From the NCBI GenBank assembly GCA_040880705.1, contig JBBDHU010000007.1, positions 137,246 to 201,245 on the forward strand: 64,000 nucleotides of DNA, in the 5' to 3' direction. Every line of letters starts with the position of its first letter. Within the stretch, counting starts at the first letter, position 1. Source of the DNA: Actinomycetota bacterium. Lineage in GTDB: Bacteria; Actinomycetota; UBA4738; JBBDHU01. This document shows, one piece after another, positions 20,001-28,013 of this stretch. The position numbers were made by a program, and so were the translations under genes. The notes beneath the pieces are model-generated. The model made no database searches. It was not told the origin of the DNA and saw only the letters and a list, made by a program, of their open reading frames with translations.

Positions 20001-20350
20001 ATCGAAAGCGCCGGCTCACCGCGTTCCCCCGCCATGTGCGCGTCCGTGACGAGCCGGCAAAGGTTCGCATAGCCACGATCGTCTTGCGCGAGCAGGACCA
20101 CGTAATGGCAGGCGCTTCTAAGACCGGCATCCAGCGTCAGGCTTGCACCGAGGATCGGGCGAACACCCGTCTTTTCGCACGCTGCTACGAAACGCGCTGC
20201 ACCGTAGAGCCCGTCGCGATCGGTCAGGGCTACCGCCGGCATGCCGAGGTGCGCTGCTTGCCCCGCAAGTTCCTCGGGCGAAAACGCGCCTTCTTTCAGC
20301 GAGAAGTAAGACCTAACGTCTAGGTGCACGAAGGGGGAGGGATCGGGCAC
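17087..20350 (-). CDS. dnaE2: Error-prone DNA polymerase III alpha subunit (DnaE2)
   Basis: PHP domain, RGSAAGSLV, PDIDVD, KLDVLG, FCKAHA and OB fold; C-terminal LWHSSPGSAG; linked to a LexA box and dinB. Confidence 0.92.
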   Translation of the reverse strand: MPDPSPFVHLDVRSYFSLKEGAFSPEELAGQAAHLGMPAVALTDRDGLYGAARFVAACEKTGVRPILGASLTLDAGLRSACHYVVLLAQDDRGYANLCRLVTDAHMAGERGEPALSISQVCAHADGLVALLGPDSPPGSDAVAGRLDAACEAISPFREAFGRRCFIAVEHRFERDSPAEVRAMLHLAERADARAAATNRVRYLVHEDAYLADALECMREIVPVAVNNVSRINAEGYLKSAREMRSLFAERPDLCDATLEIAESCEFDLGLKNVHFPEFPTQRGRSASSVLAERCWRGLEERGMKPVREVRDRLDLELAMIHKMGYSAYFLTVADIVADVKAMGVRCACRGSAAGSLVCYLTGISDVDPVRHNLVFERFLNPLRDELPDIDVDVESARREDVYDMVLSRYGDERAACVAMIDTYRARAAVREVGKALGLPETEVGVVAKAFPHIGARHLREAIEHLPELAGSNLNAGQLEMLFHVAERLDGFPRHIALHPSGIVLSNHELVTRVPLERSFQGYRMIQADKDDVELLGYLKLDVLGVRMLSSMRHCLDEIARTEAHKVDLGEIPLDDRPAFELIRSSDTLGCFQIESPGQRELLQKLQPDKWEDLIIDISLFRPGPVKSDMITPFLKRRHGMQIPEYAHPSLRPGLQETYGVIVYHEQVMRTLAAIGGYDLAEADAIRRRLGDDDELPALREDFLSRAEERGIPEEVAEPVWNNVAQFASFGFCKAHAAAFAVPTYQSAYLKAHWPAHFLAGILTHDPGMYPRRLILEDAREHGIEILPLDVNKSEPEYVVEEIDLGGRPEPGRPSSDHPYGIRLALNDVHGISDAEIRSILESRAERPFADAGDFMRRATVSQPVCEAIAHAGGFDSLGAGTRRDRWFETKTTDPQREGDQLSLNFDEEQLPSSRWSLPEYTDAEKVRAELEVLGLDASRHLLSFFEGVMEDLGVIRSQELRAHKNDEWVMVAGVKVASQTPAVRSGQRIIFLTLDDATGPVDVTVFERVQPKCARTVFHSYVLAVWGRLRRSGVGGVSVVAEDVWDLVALHKARREGKLQQALAEGGPSFGAAPRKLWHSSPGSAGA

Positions 20351-20419
20351 TAGCTTCTCGTCTCCTTGTCTCTGCCTCCGGAGAGCTGTACGGTCGCGCT
20401 ACCGAGGATCGGAGCGGGG

Positions 20420-21055
20420 ATGGCGGCTATGTCGGAGGTCTCTCGAAGCGACCCCGACCGGGGTTTCGAACGATTCGCGGGAACTTGTGCGATCGTAGTC
20501 GGCTTGGGCGGCCTCGCCTATTCGATCAGCTTCGTGATGATCCTTCGCGGGTCGAGTAACCGAACGATCGCCGGAACGAATGCAGTCTTCCTGTTGCTCG
20601 GCGGTATTCTCACGACCGCCGTTTTCGTTGCGATCTACAACCGTCTCCGGGAAACGAGCCCGTCCTTCGCCCTGTGGGCTCTTGCCCTCGGTGAGCTGGG
20701 AGCCGCCGGGGCGGCGATCCACGGCGGATTCAATCTCGCGAGCATCATCCATCCGTCCCAGGGCGCCACCGATCTGCCGAGTTCGATCGACCCCAGGGGG
20801 TTGCTTACTTTCGGAGTAACGGCCATTGCGTTCTTCGTGATCGCCTGGCTGATAGGGCGCGGCCCGGGATTCCCGCGAGGGCTCGGTTACCTCGGCTATG
20901 CCGCCGCAATCCTGTCGATGGTTCTCTATATAGGCCGGCTCACGATCGTGAATCCGAAGAACCCGCTGATGCTCACCGCGGCGGTGCTCGCGGGATTCAT
21001 CGTCAACCCTCTGTGGTACGCCTGGATCGGCGTGAGACTTCGAAAGGAAGCCTAG
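20420..21055 (+). CDS. Hypothetical multi-pass membrane protein
   Basis: About six hydrophobic helices; ATG with GGAG upstream; antisense to the flanking cassette. Confidence 0.75.
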   Translation: MAAMSEVSRSDPDRGFERFAGTCAIVVGLGGLAYSISFVMILRGSSNRTIAGTNAVFLLLGGILTTAVFVAIYNRLRETSPSFALWALALGELGAAGAAIHGGFNLASIIHPSQGATDLPSSIDPRGLLTFGVTAIAFFVIAWLIGRGPGFPRGLGYLGYAAAILSMVLYIGRLTIVNPKNPLMLTAAVLAGFIVNPLWYAWIGVRLRKEA

Positions 21056-21057
21056 GC

Positions 21058-21321
21058 TCAATCCCACAGACGCTCCATGTGCCAGCGGCCGGCGATCCGG
21101 TCGTGATACAGGTCCCAGACCGCACCACCCTTGGCCTCGACCCGCCAGTACTCGCGGTCGCGGCCGTCGGCCCACCAGCGGCCCTCGATACGCCAACGCC
21201 CGATCACATCGGCTACCCGGTAATGCTTCCCCCGCCAGGAGAAGGCGGAGGGCATTCCGGCGTCTTCCTCTACCGAGACCTCGTCCTCGTAGCGCTTGGA
21301 CACCTCCGCCGCCTTCCTCAC
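21058..21321 (-). CDS. DUF6504-like small protein (resembles the ImuB C-terminal domain)
   Basis: PSAFSWRG...RWRIEGRWW...REYWRVE...WDLY...RWHMERLWD; directly downstream of a LexA box. Confidence 0.8.
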   Translation of the reverse strand: MRKAAEVSKRYEDEVSVEEDAGMPSAFSWRGKHYRVADVIGRWRIEGRWWADGRDREYWRVEAKGGAVWDLYHDRIAGRWHMERLWD

Positions 21322-21336
21322 CCCCAGGTTCGAGAT

Positions 21337-21352
21337 TCGAACGTATGTTCGA
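21337..21352. promoter_or_regulatory. LexA (SOS) box
   Basis: Perfect TCGAAC-GTAT-GTTCGA, matching the actinobacterial LexA consensus. Confidence 0.92.
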
Positions 21353-21362
21353 TGGGAGGGCG

Positions 21363-21392
21363 AGAATACCCCCGGGGTCTGACACTCGTCAA
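21363..21392 (-). promoter_or_regulatory. SigA-type promoter for the SOS cassette
   Basis: Minus strand TTGACG-N18-TATTCT, ending 10 nt upstream of the LexA box. Confidence 0.65.
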
Positions 21393-21450
21393 GACGGGAT
21401 TCAGCCCGCCGGGCTCAAGAAAATCGGAGTTCTGAGCCGATACCTAAAAC

Positions 21451-21636
21451 ATGGTAGAAGCCCTCGAAACCGTCACTGCTCGCGTCGAGCACATCCGATC
21501 CGGTGCACTCCCCCGGGCCAGTCACCGCATGTACCGCGTGGCGTTGTTTCTGATCCTCGAGGTGCTCGTGATCGCCATGCTGATCGCCCCGGTCGCCCAC
21601 CACTGGGCCCAGACCGTCCTTGAGAACGCTTCCTAG
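21451..21636 (+). CDS. Small hypothetical membrane protein (61 aa)
   Basis: One hydrophobic segment VALFLILEVLVIAMLIAPV; fills the gap before the DUF402 gene. Confidence 0.5.
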   Translation: MVEALETVTARVEHIRSGALPRASHRMYRVALFLILEVLVIAMLIAPVAHHWAQTVLENAS

Positions 21637-21664
21637 CGCACTTCCATCCCCCTACAGTCCCTTC

Positions 21665-22309
21665 ATGGCACGGAAAACCGGCGATCCGATCGTCCTTCGC
21701 GAGATATGGAAAGACAGAATCTGGGCGGCCCGGCCCGTAACCGTCGTCGAGGACGCTCCGGAAGTCAAAATGTTCTACGTCCACGCGGGGATGCGGTGGA
21801 AGAGTCCCGCAAGCCCGAACGGCGAGTGGTTGCGCCTTCCGGCCGGCGACTGGATACTCGCCGATCGAGTCTCCACGAAGCGACGCGCTCTCTCGTTCGC
21901 CTGGTCCGACCTCGATTACGCGGTGCTTGCGAACTGGGACGCGAACTCGAACGAATTCCTCGGCTGGTACATCAACCTCCAAACGACCTTGCGCCGTACC
22001 GCGGTGGGGTTCGACTACGTTGATCACGTCTTAGATGTAGTGGTGACGCCCGACCGTTCGTCGTGGGAATGGAAGGACGAGGACGAATTCTCAGAGGCTC
22101 AGGAGCTCGGCCTCATCTCGCCGGGCGAAGCGCGCGCGATCCGCAACGAAGGCGAGCGCGCGATCGAACGTCTTACGAGTCATGCACCGCCCTTCGACCG
22201 GCCTTGGGAGGACTGGCAGCCGAGCCCTGACTGGAACAAGCCCGAACTCCTTCCGGGGTGGGACAAACACGAGGTGTCTAGGGACGAAGCTCCTCGAAGG
22301 TCTGGCTGA
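21665..22309 (+). CDS. DUF402 domain protein
   Basis: FLGWYINLQ, DHVLDVVV and WKDEDEF; probable leaderless start (TACAGT 6 nt upstream). Confidence 0.85.
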   Translation: MARKTGDPIVLREIWKDRIWAARPVTVVEDAPEVKMFYVHAGMRWKSPASPNGEWLRLPAGDWILADRVSTKRRALSFAWSDLDYAVLANWDANSNEFLGWYINLQTTLRRTAVGFDYVDHVLDVVVTPDRSSWEWKDEDEFSEAQELGLISPGEARAIRNEGERAIERLTSHAPPFDRPWEDWQPSPDWNKPELLPGWDKHEVSRDEAPRRSG

Positions 22310-23411
22310 TGCGCGCCAGCCCCTTCAAGGTGTACTCCATGTCGTAGCCATAGCCGATGCGGATGTATTTCCCGGACATGCCGAAGTGGTCGGCCGGAGT
22401 GACCAGAACCGACTGCTCGATCCTCAGCTTGTCGAACAGCTTCGTCGAAGAGATCGGCAGTTTGTACTTCATGTAAGCGATCGCCCCTGCCTTCGGCGGC
22501 GTCAACTCAAGCAGATCGTCGTGCGCCGACGCCCACTCCTCGAACCTTGGGAACTGTCCTCGGACGATCCGTCGCGTTCGTTCCAGGATCGCCTCACGGC
22601 GCCCGGGCTCCATCGCGATAGTCGCGAGCCGGTCCGACAGCACAGCCGGCGTAAGCGTCGTGTAGTCGCGATAGGCCGAGAGCTTCTCGACGGTCTTAGG
22701 CGGACCGGTCACCCACCCGATCCGAAGCCCCGGGAGACCGAAGGCCTTCGAGAGACCCGAAACGACCAGCACTTTTGAATATCGTCCCCAAAATGTCGGC
22801 GACAGACCCCCGGCGAGCTCCGCGCCGCGATAGACCTCGTCGGCGACAATCCAGGCGTTCGCCTTGCGGGCGATTCGGACGACCTCGTCCATCTCTTCCT
22901 CGGTGAGCACGGCACCCGTCGGATTGTTCGGGTTCGTGACGAGGATCACCTTCGTTCGCTTGGTAACCGAGCGGCGGAGGCCCTCGACGTCCAGTCCCCA
23001 GCGCCACTCCCCCGACTCGCGCCGCCTGACCATCCTGTAGGTGTCGGCCCGGCCGGCAAAATGCCGGGCGAGACCCCAAGTCTGCATGTAGGTCGGAATC
23101 ATGATGGCGGCGCGGTCGCCCTTCTCCAGCAATCCCCAGAACGCGATGAAGATCGCCTCGGAACTGCCGTTGGTGACCGTCACGTTGCCCGGCTCAGCTT
23201 CGTAGAACGAGGCGACGTTCTCCCTGAGTTCGGGTGAGCCGTTGGACCACGGATAGCCGAGCTTGGTACCGAGGAACGCCGCAGGATCAGCCCGGTCGCC
23301 GAGCAACTCCTCTACTCGAAGGGGCAACACGCCGCTCTCGGAGAGGTTGTATTCGACCTCCTTCTCGTAGAGGCACTGGGCCCGCTCCATTTTGAATAGG
23401 TCGATTCGCAT
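22278..23411 (-). CDS. PLP-dependent class I/II aminotransferase
   Basis: NPNNPTG, DEVY and SGLSKAFGLPGLRIG. Start trimmed to MRIDLFK (AAGGAG SD). Confidence 0.92.
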   Translation of the reverse strand: MRIDLFKMERAQCLYEKEVEYNLSESGVLPLRVEELLGDRADPAAFLGTKLGYPWSNGSPELRENVASFYEAEPGNVTVTNGSSEAIFIAFWGLLEKGDRAAIMIPTYMQTWGLARHFAGRADTYRMVRRRESGEWRWGLDVEGLRRSVTKRTKVILVTNPNNPTGAVLTEEEMDEVVRIARKANAWIVADEVYRGAELAGGLSPTFWGRYSKVLVVSGLSKAFGLPGLRIGWVTGPPKTVEKLSAYRDYTTLTPAVLSDRLATIAMEPGRREAILERTRRIVRGQFPRFEEWASAHDDLLELTPPKAGAIAYMKYKLPISSTKLFDKLRIEQSVLVTPADHFGMSGKYIRIGYGYDMEYTLKGLARISQTFEELRP

Positions 23412-23460
23412 TGCTCTCCTTCGAGCTCGGCTACCAAGCGTAGCCGATAGGCTTTCCGGC

Positions 23461-24459
23461 ATGTCCCGAGAGGTGCTGATCCTGCGCGAAGGAGACATCC
23501 GGGCGGTTCTCGACATGCGTTCGTGCATAGCCGGGGTAGAGGCGGCTTTCGCCGCGTATTCGACCGGTAAGGCGGAGTTGCCGGCGGTAATTCATCTGGA
23601 CATTCCGGAGACGCAAGGTGAGATACACGCAAAGGCCGGATACATCCACGGCCAGGCGATCTACGCCGCGAAGTTCGCCTCGGGCTTTCCGGGGAACCCG
23701 CGACTCGGTTTGCCCGCAAGCGACGGGCTGGTGCTTGCGTTCAGCGCGAAGAACGGCGCGCCCGAGGCTTTGATGTTCGACAACGGTTTCATCACCGACA
23801 TCCGCACGGGTGCCGCCGGGGGTGTGGCGGCACAATATATGGCTAGAGAGGATGCGGCGGTCGTCTCCGTCCTTGGTACCGGAGCGCAGGCCCGCTATCA
23901 GGTCGACGCGCTCGCGCTGGTGCGCCCTTTCGAAGAGGTCCGCGTGTGGGGCAGAGATCCGGAGCGCGTACGCACCTGTGTGGAGGACCTCGCCGCCCGC
24001 CCGGGCATTCCACAGGACGCCCGATTCCTGGCTGCCGCATCTCCCCGCGAGGCTGTCGAAGGCGCAGGCATCGTGATCACGTGCACCGCAAGCCGCGATC
24101 CGCTCGTGGAAGCCGGCTGGCTCTCGCCGGGAGTTCACTTGACGGCTCTCGGATCGGACGGGCCCGGGAAGCGCGAGCTCGATCCCGCCGTTCTGGACCT
24201 CGCCGACCTCCTCGTCGTGGACAGCCGTCAACAGTCCGTCGAGCGCGGTGAGCTTCAACACGCGCCGGATCCGGATGCAGCAGCGAAGCGCGCATCCGAA
24301 CTCGGCGAGATCGTCGCCGGATTGAGACCGGGTCGGACTTCGGACACGCAGATCTCCGTATGCGATCTCACCGGCATCGGCGTCCAGGACGTGGCGGCGG
24401 CGTCCGTCACGCTCTCTCGCGCGAGGGAAAACGGACTCGGCGAGCGGATCTCGATCTGA
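23461..24459 (+). CDS. Ornithine cyclodeaminase/mu-crystallin family protein
   Basis: TDIRTGAAG, GTGAQA, GSDGPGKRE and DLTGIGVQD. Confidence 0.9.
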   Translation: MSREVLILREGDIRAVLDMRSCIAGVEAAFAAYSTGKAELPAVIHLDIPETQGEIHAKAGYIHGQAIYAAKFASGFPGNPRLGLPASDGLVLAFSAKNGAPEALMFDNGFITDIRTGAAGGVAAQYMAREDAAVVSVLGTGAQARYQVDALALVRPFEEVRVWGRDPERVRTCVEDLAARPGIPQDARFLAAASPREAVEGAGIVITCTASRDPLVEAGWLSPGVHLTALGSDGPGKRELDPAVLDLADLLVVDSRQQSVERGELQHAPDPDAAAKRASELGEIVAGLRPGRTSDTQISVCDLTGIGVQDVAAASVTLSRARENGLGERISI

Positions 24460-25070
24460 TGTCAGAGGACCCAGGGATTGAGCCGGCGCGTCCCGCCGAC
24501 GCCGACGTCATCGGCCGAATGCATGCGGGACAAATCTCCGAGGGCTTCCTCGCTTCGCTGGGGCCCGGATTCCTGTCTCTCCTGTACGACGCGATGGCAT
24601 CTTCACCGTCCACCGTCCTTCTCGTCGCGCGAGCGGAAGGTCGGGTCATAGGTTTCGTAGCCGGGTCGCCGCAGCCCGGCGCGTTCTTCGCGGAGTTCCG
24701 CCGCCGGCACTTGCTCGGGGCCTCAGTTCGCATCGCTCCGCGGGCATTACGCCCCAAGGTGTTTCGCGGAGTAGTGGAATCCATGCGCTACATGTGGGAA
24801 GAGGGCGAAGGCGGTCCGGAACTTTTCGCGATCGCAGTTGACCTCTCGTCGCGAAGAGCGGGAACCGGGACGATCCTGGTGCGGAGCTTGGAGCAACAAC
24901 TGCGGGATAACGGCGAGACTTCACTATCCGTAGTTGTAGGCTCCGCCAACCAGGGAGCAAGGGCTTTCTACGAACGATTGGGATTCCGGCTCGCCGGCGA
25001 GTTGGCGGTGCACAGGGGCGAACCCTCGGTCCGCTACACCAAATCCCTCTCCGGAGGCCTCGCACGATAG
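24459..25070 (+). CDS. GNAT acetyltransferase
   Basis: IAVD..RRAGTG and NQGARAFYERLGF; TGATG overlap with the preceding gene. Confidence 0.85.
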   Translation: MSEDPGIEPARPADADVIGRMHAGQISEGFLASLGPGFLSLLYDAMASSPSTVLLVARAEGRVIGFVAGSPQPGAFFAEFRRRHLLGASVRIAPRALRPKVFRGVVESMRYMWEEGEGGPELFAIAVDLSSRRAGTGTILVRSLEQQLRDNGETSLSVVVGSANQGARAFYERLGFRLAGELAVHRGEPSVRYTKSLSGGLAR

Positions 25071-26023
25071 CCCACGAATCCGTCGGCGAACATAGCCACG
25101 ATTACAACGATCCAAAGACCGCCGAACGACACAAGCGCGTCGGAGGACGAAAGTCTGGATTGCAGCACACCCGCGTACACGATCGCAGCCTGCAAGGCGT
25201 AACACACGAGGAGCGTGGTCTCCTCCCGCAAGCCCCGGGCAAGTAGCTGATCGTAGAAGTGGCCACGATCGCCGCCTGTGAGGGGAGCCCGGCCGGAGAT
25301 CCGCCGAAGAACCGACAGAATCAGATCCAAGCCGAACAGTCCGAGACAAGAAAGTGCCCCCAGAAACGCCGGTAGGGTCTGGCCGGTCGCCAAGATGCCT
25401 GCCGCCAGCATGGCTCCCAGGACGTAGGCGCCGCTGTCCCCTAAGAACAGGCCGGCCCTGGGCGCGTTGTGCAGGAGGAAACCGGCCGCCGCGGCCGACA
25501 TCAGGAGCCAAGGCTGCCAGGACTCTCCCGCCCCCGATGCAATGGCGGCGATCCCGATCCCGGAAAGCGTCGCCGTGCCGGCCGCCAACCCGTCCATCCC
25601 ATCGACCATATTCACCGCGTTCATGGCGGCAACGAACAGAACCAGTCCGCCTAGGGCGGCAAGCCATCGTTCGTCGAGGAGCCCGAATCGCATCTCGTCC
25701 GGTAGCACCAGCAGGAACACGACCAGCTGGAGCCCGAGCCTGAGCCGCGCAGGCGCACGAACGGCGTCACCGAGCAATCCAATGGCCAATGCCGGGACCA
25801 CGACCCTCAGCGAGGGGATCAGCCATTCAGAATCCGCCACCGCTATGCCTGCGAGAAGACCGATCGCGACCGCGGCACCTCCCAGATACGACACCGGCCG
25901 CCCGTGAGGTTTCAAACTTCCCTCCGGACGGTCCAGAGCCCCGATCTTCGGGCCGGCCCAGCGGGCGACAATTCCCAGCAGGAACGTAACGGTGAAGGCG
26001 ACGGCAATCGCCATCTCCGTCAA
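25034..26023 (-). CDS. MraY/WecA/TagO-family polyprenyl-phosphate sugar-1-phosphate transferase
   Basis: NAVNMVDGMDGL, FLGDSG and DRGHFYDQL; multi-TM. Confidence 0.88.
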   Translation of the reverse strand: MTEMAIAVAFTVTFLLGIVARWAGPKIGALDRPEGSLKPHGRPVSYLGGAAVAIGLLAGIAVADSEWLIPSLRVVVPALAIGLLGDAVRAPARLRLGLQLVVFLLVLPDEMRFGLLDERWLAALGGLVLFVAAMNAVNMVDGMDGLAAGTATLSGIGIAAIASGAGESWQPWLLMSAAAAGFLLHNAPRAGLFLGDSGAYVLGAMLAAGILATGQTLPAFLGALSCLGLFGLDLILSVLRRISGRAPLTGGDRGHFYDQLLARGLREETTLLVCYALQAAIVYAGVLQSRLSSSDALVSFGGLWIVVIVAMFADGFVGYRARPPERDLV

Positions 26024-27183
26024 ATGATCCCTCGCTCGGCCAACAGACCTCGGTACACCGCAAGGGTTCGCTCCACAATGCGGGTTTCGTCGAAGCGCTC
26101 CTCCGCGCGTGCCCTTCCAGCGTCCCCCAATCGGCGGGCGAGCCGGTCATCTCCCAGGATCTTCGAAACAACCAGCGCCAGTGATGCCGGATCGCGAGGT
26201 GGAACGAGCAGCCCCGTTACCCCGTCGACCACGACCTCCCGGCAGCCCCGGATATTCGTCGTGACCACAGGCCGGCCCATCGCGGATGCCTCGATTGCCG
26301 ACCGTGGAACGCCCTCGCGATGGGACGGCAAGACGAATACATCGAAGGCGGCGTGGATCGCCGGCATATCCCGACCCTCGCCGAAAAAAACGACGCCGGC
26401 CGCGCGTCCGGCGGCCATCTCGGCTTCCCGCAAGCGATCGGACTTCGAGGGCTCTTCGGTACCCACCGCTACGAATACGACGTCGTCGCGGCGTTCCCTT
26501 ACGAGTCTTGCAGCTTCGAAGAACTCTACATATCCCTTCTCCTTTACGAGTCGGCCTACCGTCCCCACAACCTTCGTCCCATCGCTCGCGCCCCAAGCGG
26601 CCCTGAGATCCGCGACGTCCGCGGCCGGCACGGCGGAAGGGTCGAACTTGCGAAGCTCGACGCCGTTGCCCAGAAGCGTCGCACGGGAGGCGGGAACCAT
26701 GTGCGTTCGAATAGCGAACGCGTAGTCCTGTTCGCTCTGAAAGAGCTCGTGATCGGAGAAACGGGCGGCCGTGTGTTCGGCGCGCCGAACCATCCAGCGC
26801 TTGGCCGGCGAGAGGGATGGGCTCGAATAGAGCCCATGAACGGTATTGACCACGATCGGCACACGTGCATTTCGGGCCGCGATTCGCCCCAGCACCCCGG
26901 TCTTCGGGTTGTGTGTGTGGACAATGTCGGGGCGCATGATTCCGAACAGCTTTTGCAGCTCGCGAAGTGCCCGCGCGTCCTTCAGCGGAGTCCACGAGCG
27001 AGTGAGATGACGAAGAGGCAGGTGACGGATCCCCGCCGACGCCAGCTCGGTCACGTACGGGCCCGGGGCGGACGCGCCGTACACGTCGAATCCTTCTTCC
27101 GCGAAGCGTCTGAGCTGGTAGGAGAGAAGCTTCTCGAGGGACAAATCAACCGTGGTTAAGTGAATAAGGGTTGGCCGCCTCAC
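26020..27183 (-). CDS. GT4 glycosyltransferase
   Basis: HTHNPK, VGRLVKEKG and PSHREGVPRSAIEA (ExxxxxxxE). Confidence 0.92.
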   Translation of the reverse strand: MRRPTLIHLTTVDLSLEKLLSYQLRRFAEEGFDVYGASAPGPYVTELASAGIRHLPLRHLTRSWTPLKDARALRELQKLFGIMRPDIVHTHNPKTGVLGRIAARNARVPIVVNTVHGLYSSPSLSPAKRWMVRRAEHTAARFSDHELFQSEQDYAFAIRTHMVPASRATLLGNGVELRKFDPSAVPAADVADLRAAWGASDGTKVVGTVGRLVKEKGYVEFFEAARLVRERRDDVVFVAVGTEEPSKSDRLREAEMAAGRAAGVVFFGEGRDMPAIHAAFDVFVLPSHREGVPRSAIEASAMGRPVVTTNIRGCREVVVDGVTGLLVPPRDPASLALVVSKILGDDRLARRLGDAGRARAEERFDETRIVERTLAVYRGLLAERGII

Positions 27184-27185
27184 TT

Positions 27186-28013
27186 CTATTCTCCGCGCAA
27201 GGTCATGTAAAGTCGATCCTCCAACGGGCGAATACCTTCAAGTCTCCTTCGGAAGAAAAACATCCCATCGCTTGCACGGACCGGAGTCCTCACAACTCTC
27301 AGCGGGTGGAAGCCTCGGACAAGGTTCTTCGAACCCACACGTGCCACGGCGTATTCGTAATTCTCGGCGACAGCATCCTCGTTTCCGGGAACGGCGCTCG
27401 GATACGCGAACATTCGAACCGGCCGGCCGAGACTGGACTCGATGATTTCCTTGGACATGGACGCTTCCCGGGCAGCCTCCTCTCGGGAGATTCGATCAAA
27501 GCGCGGATGCGAATGCGAATGCGACCCGATGTCGAGTCCTGAGGCCGTCATCTCCCCTAGCTGAGACCAGGTCAGAGGCTCTGGATCGGCCCCTGTTCCA
27601 AGAGCATCGGCGCGTATGGGGGCGGAACATAACCCTTCCACGAACCCTGTAGACACGAAAACGGTCGCCGGTACCCCCAGGGAGGAGAGAATCGGCCACG
27701 CGTGCGTATACACCTCGCCGTATCCGTCGTCGAAGGTCACCGCAACCTGATCGCGGCCGGGGCGGGAGCCGGATCTCATCCCGTCCAAACCTGTTTGCAA
27801 CGTCACGACCTCCATTCGACGGCGAATGTAGGCCATCTGCGCACGGAAAAGGTCCTCAGGCATATCCATTTCCCGACCCATGCCCGCGCCCACGCGATGG
27901 TAGATCAGGACGTACAAGCCCGGTTCGCGGACCCGGCCAACGGAGGCCGGTGCGAGTAAAGCCAGCTTGACCGCCTTCTTGATCCAGAAGCGGGGGGTTG
28001 CCCCGGCCGTCAC
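27186..28013 (-). CDS. Polysaccharide deacetylase (NodB homology)
   Basis: LIYHRV, VTFDDG, GSHSHSH and FAYP. Confidence 0.9.
   Translation of the reverse strand: MTAGATPRFWIKKAVKLALLAPASVGRVREPGLYVLIYHRVGAGMGREMDMPEDLFRAQMAYIRRRMEVVTLQTGLDGMRSGSRPGRDQVAVTFDDGYGEVYTHAWPILSSLGVPATVFVSTGFVEGLCSAPIRADALGTGADPEPLTWSQLGEMTASGLDIGSHSHSHPRFDRISREEAAREASMSKEIIESSLGRPVRMFAYPSAVPGNEDAVAENYEYAVARVGSKNLVRGFHPLRVVRTPVRASDGMFFFRRRLEGIRPLEDRLYMTLRGE

Noticed and set aside
25034-26023. Second mraY copy
   Set aside because: Lacks the MraY HHH motif and lies in a polysaccharide locus; better called WecA/TagO-like.
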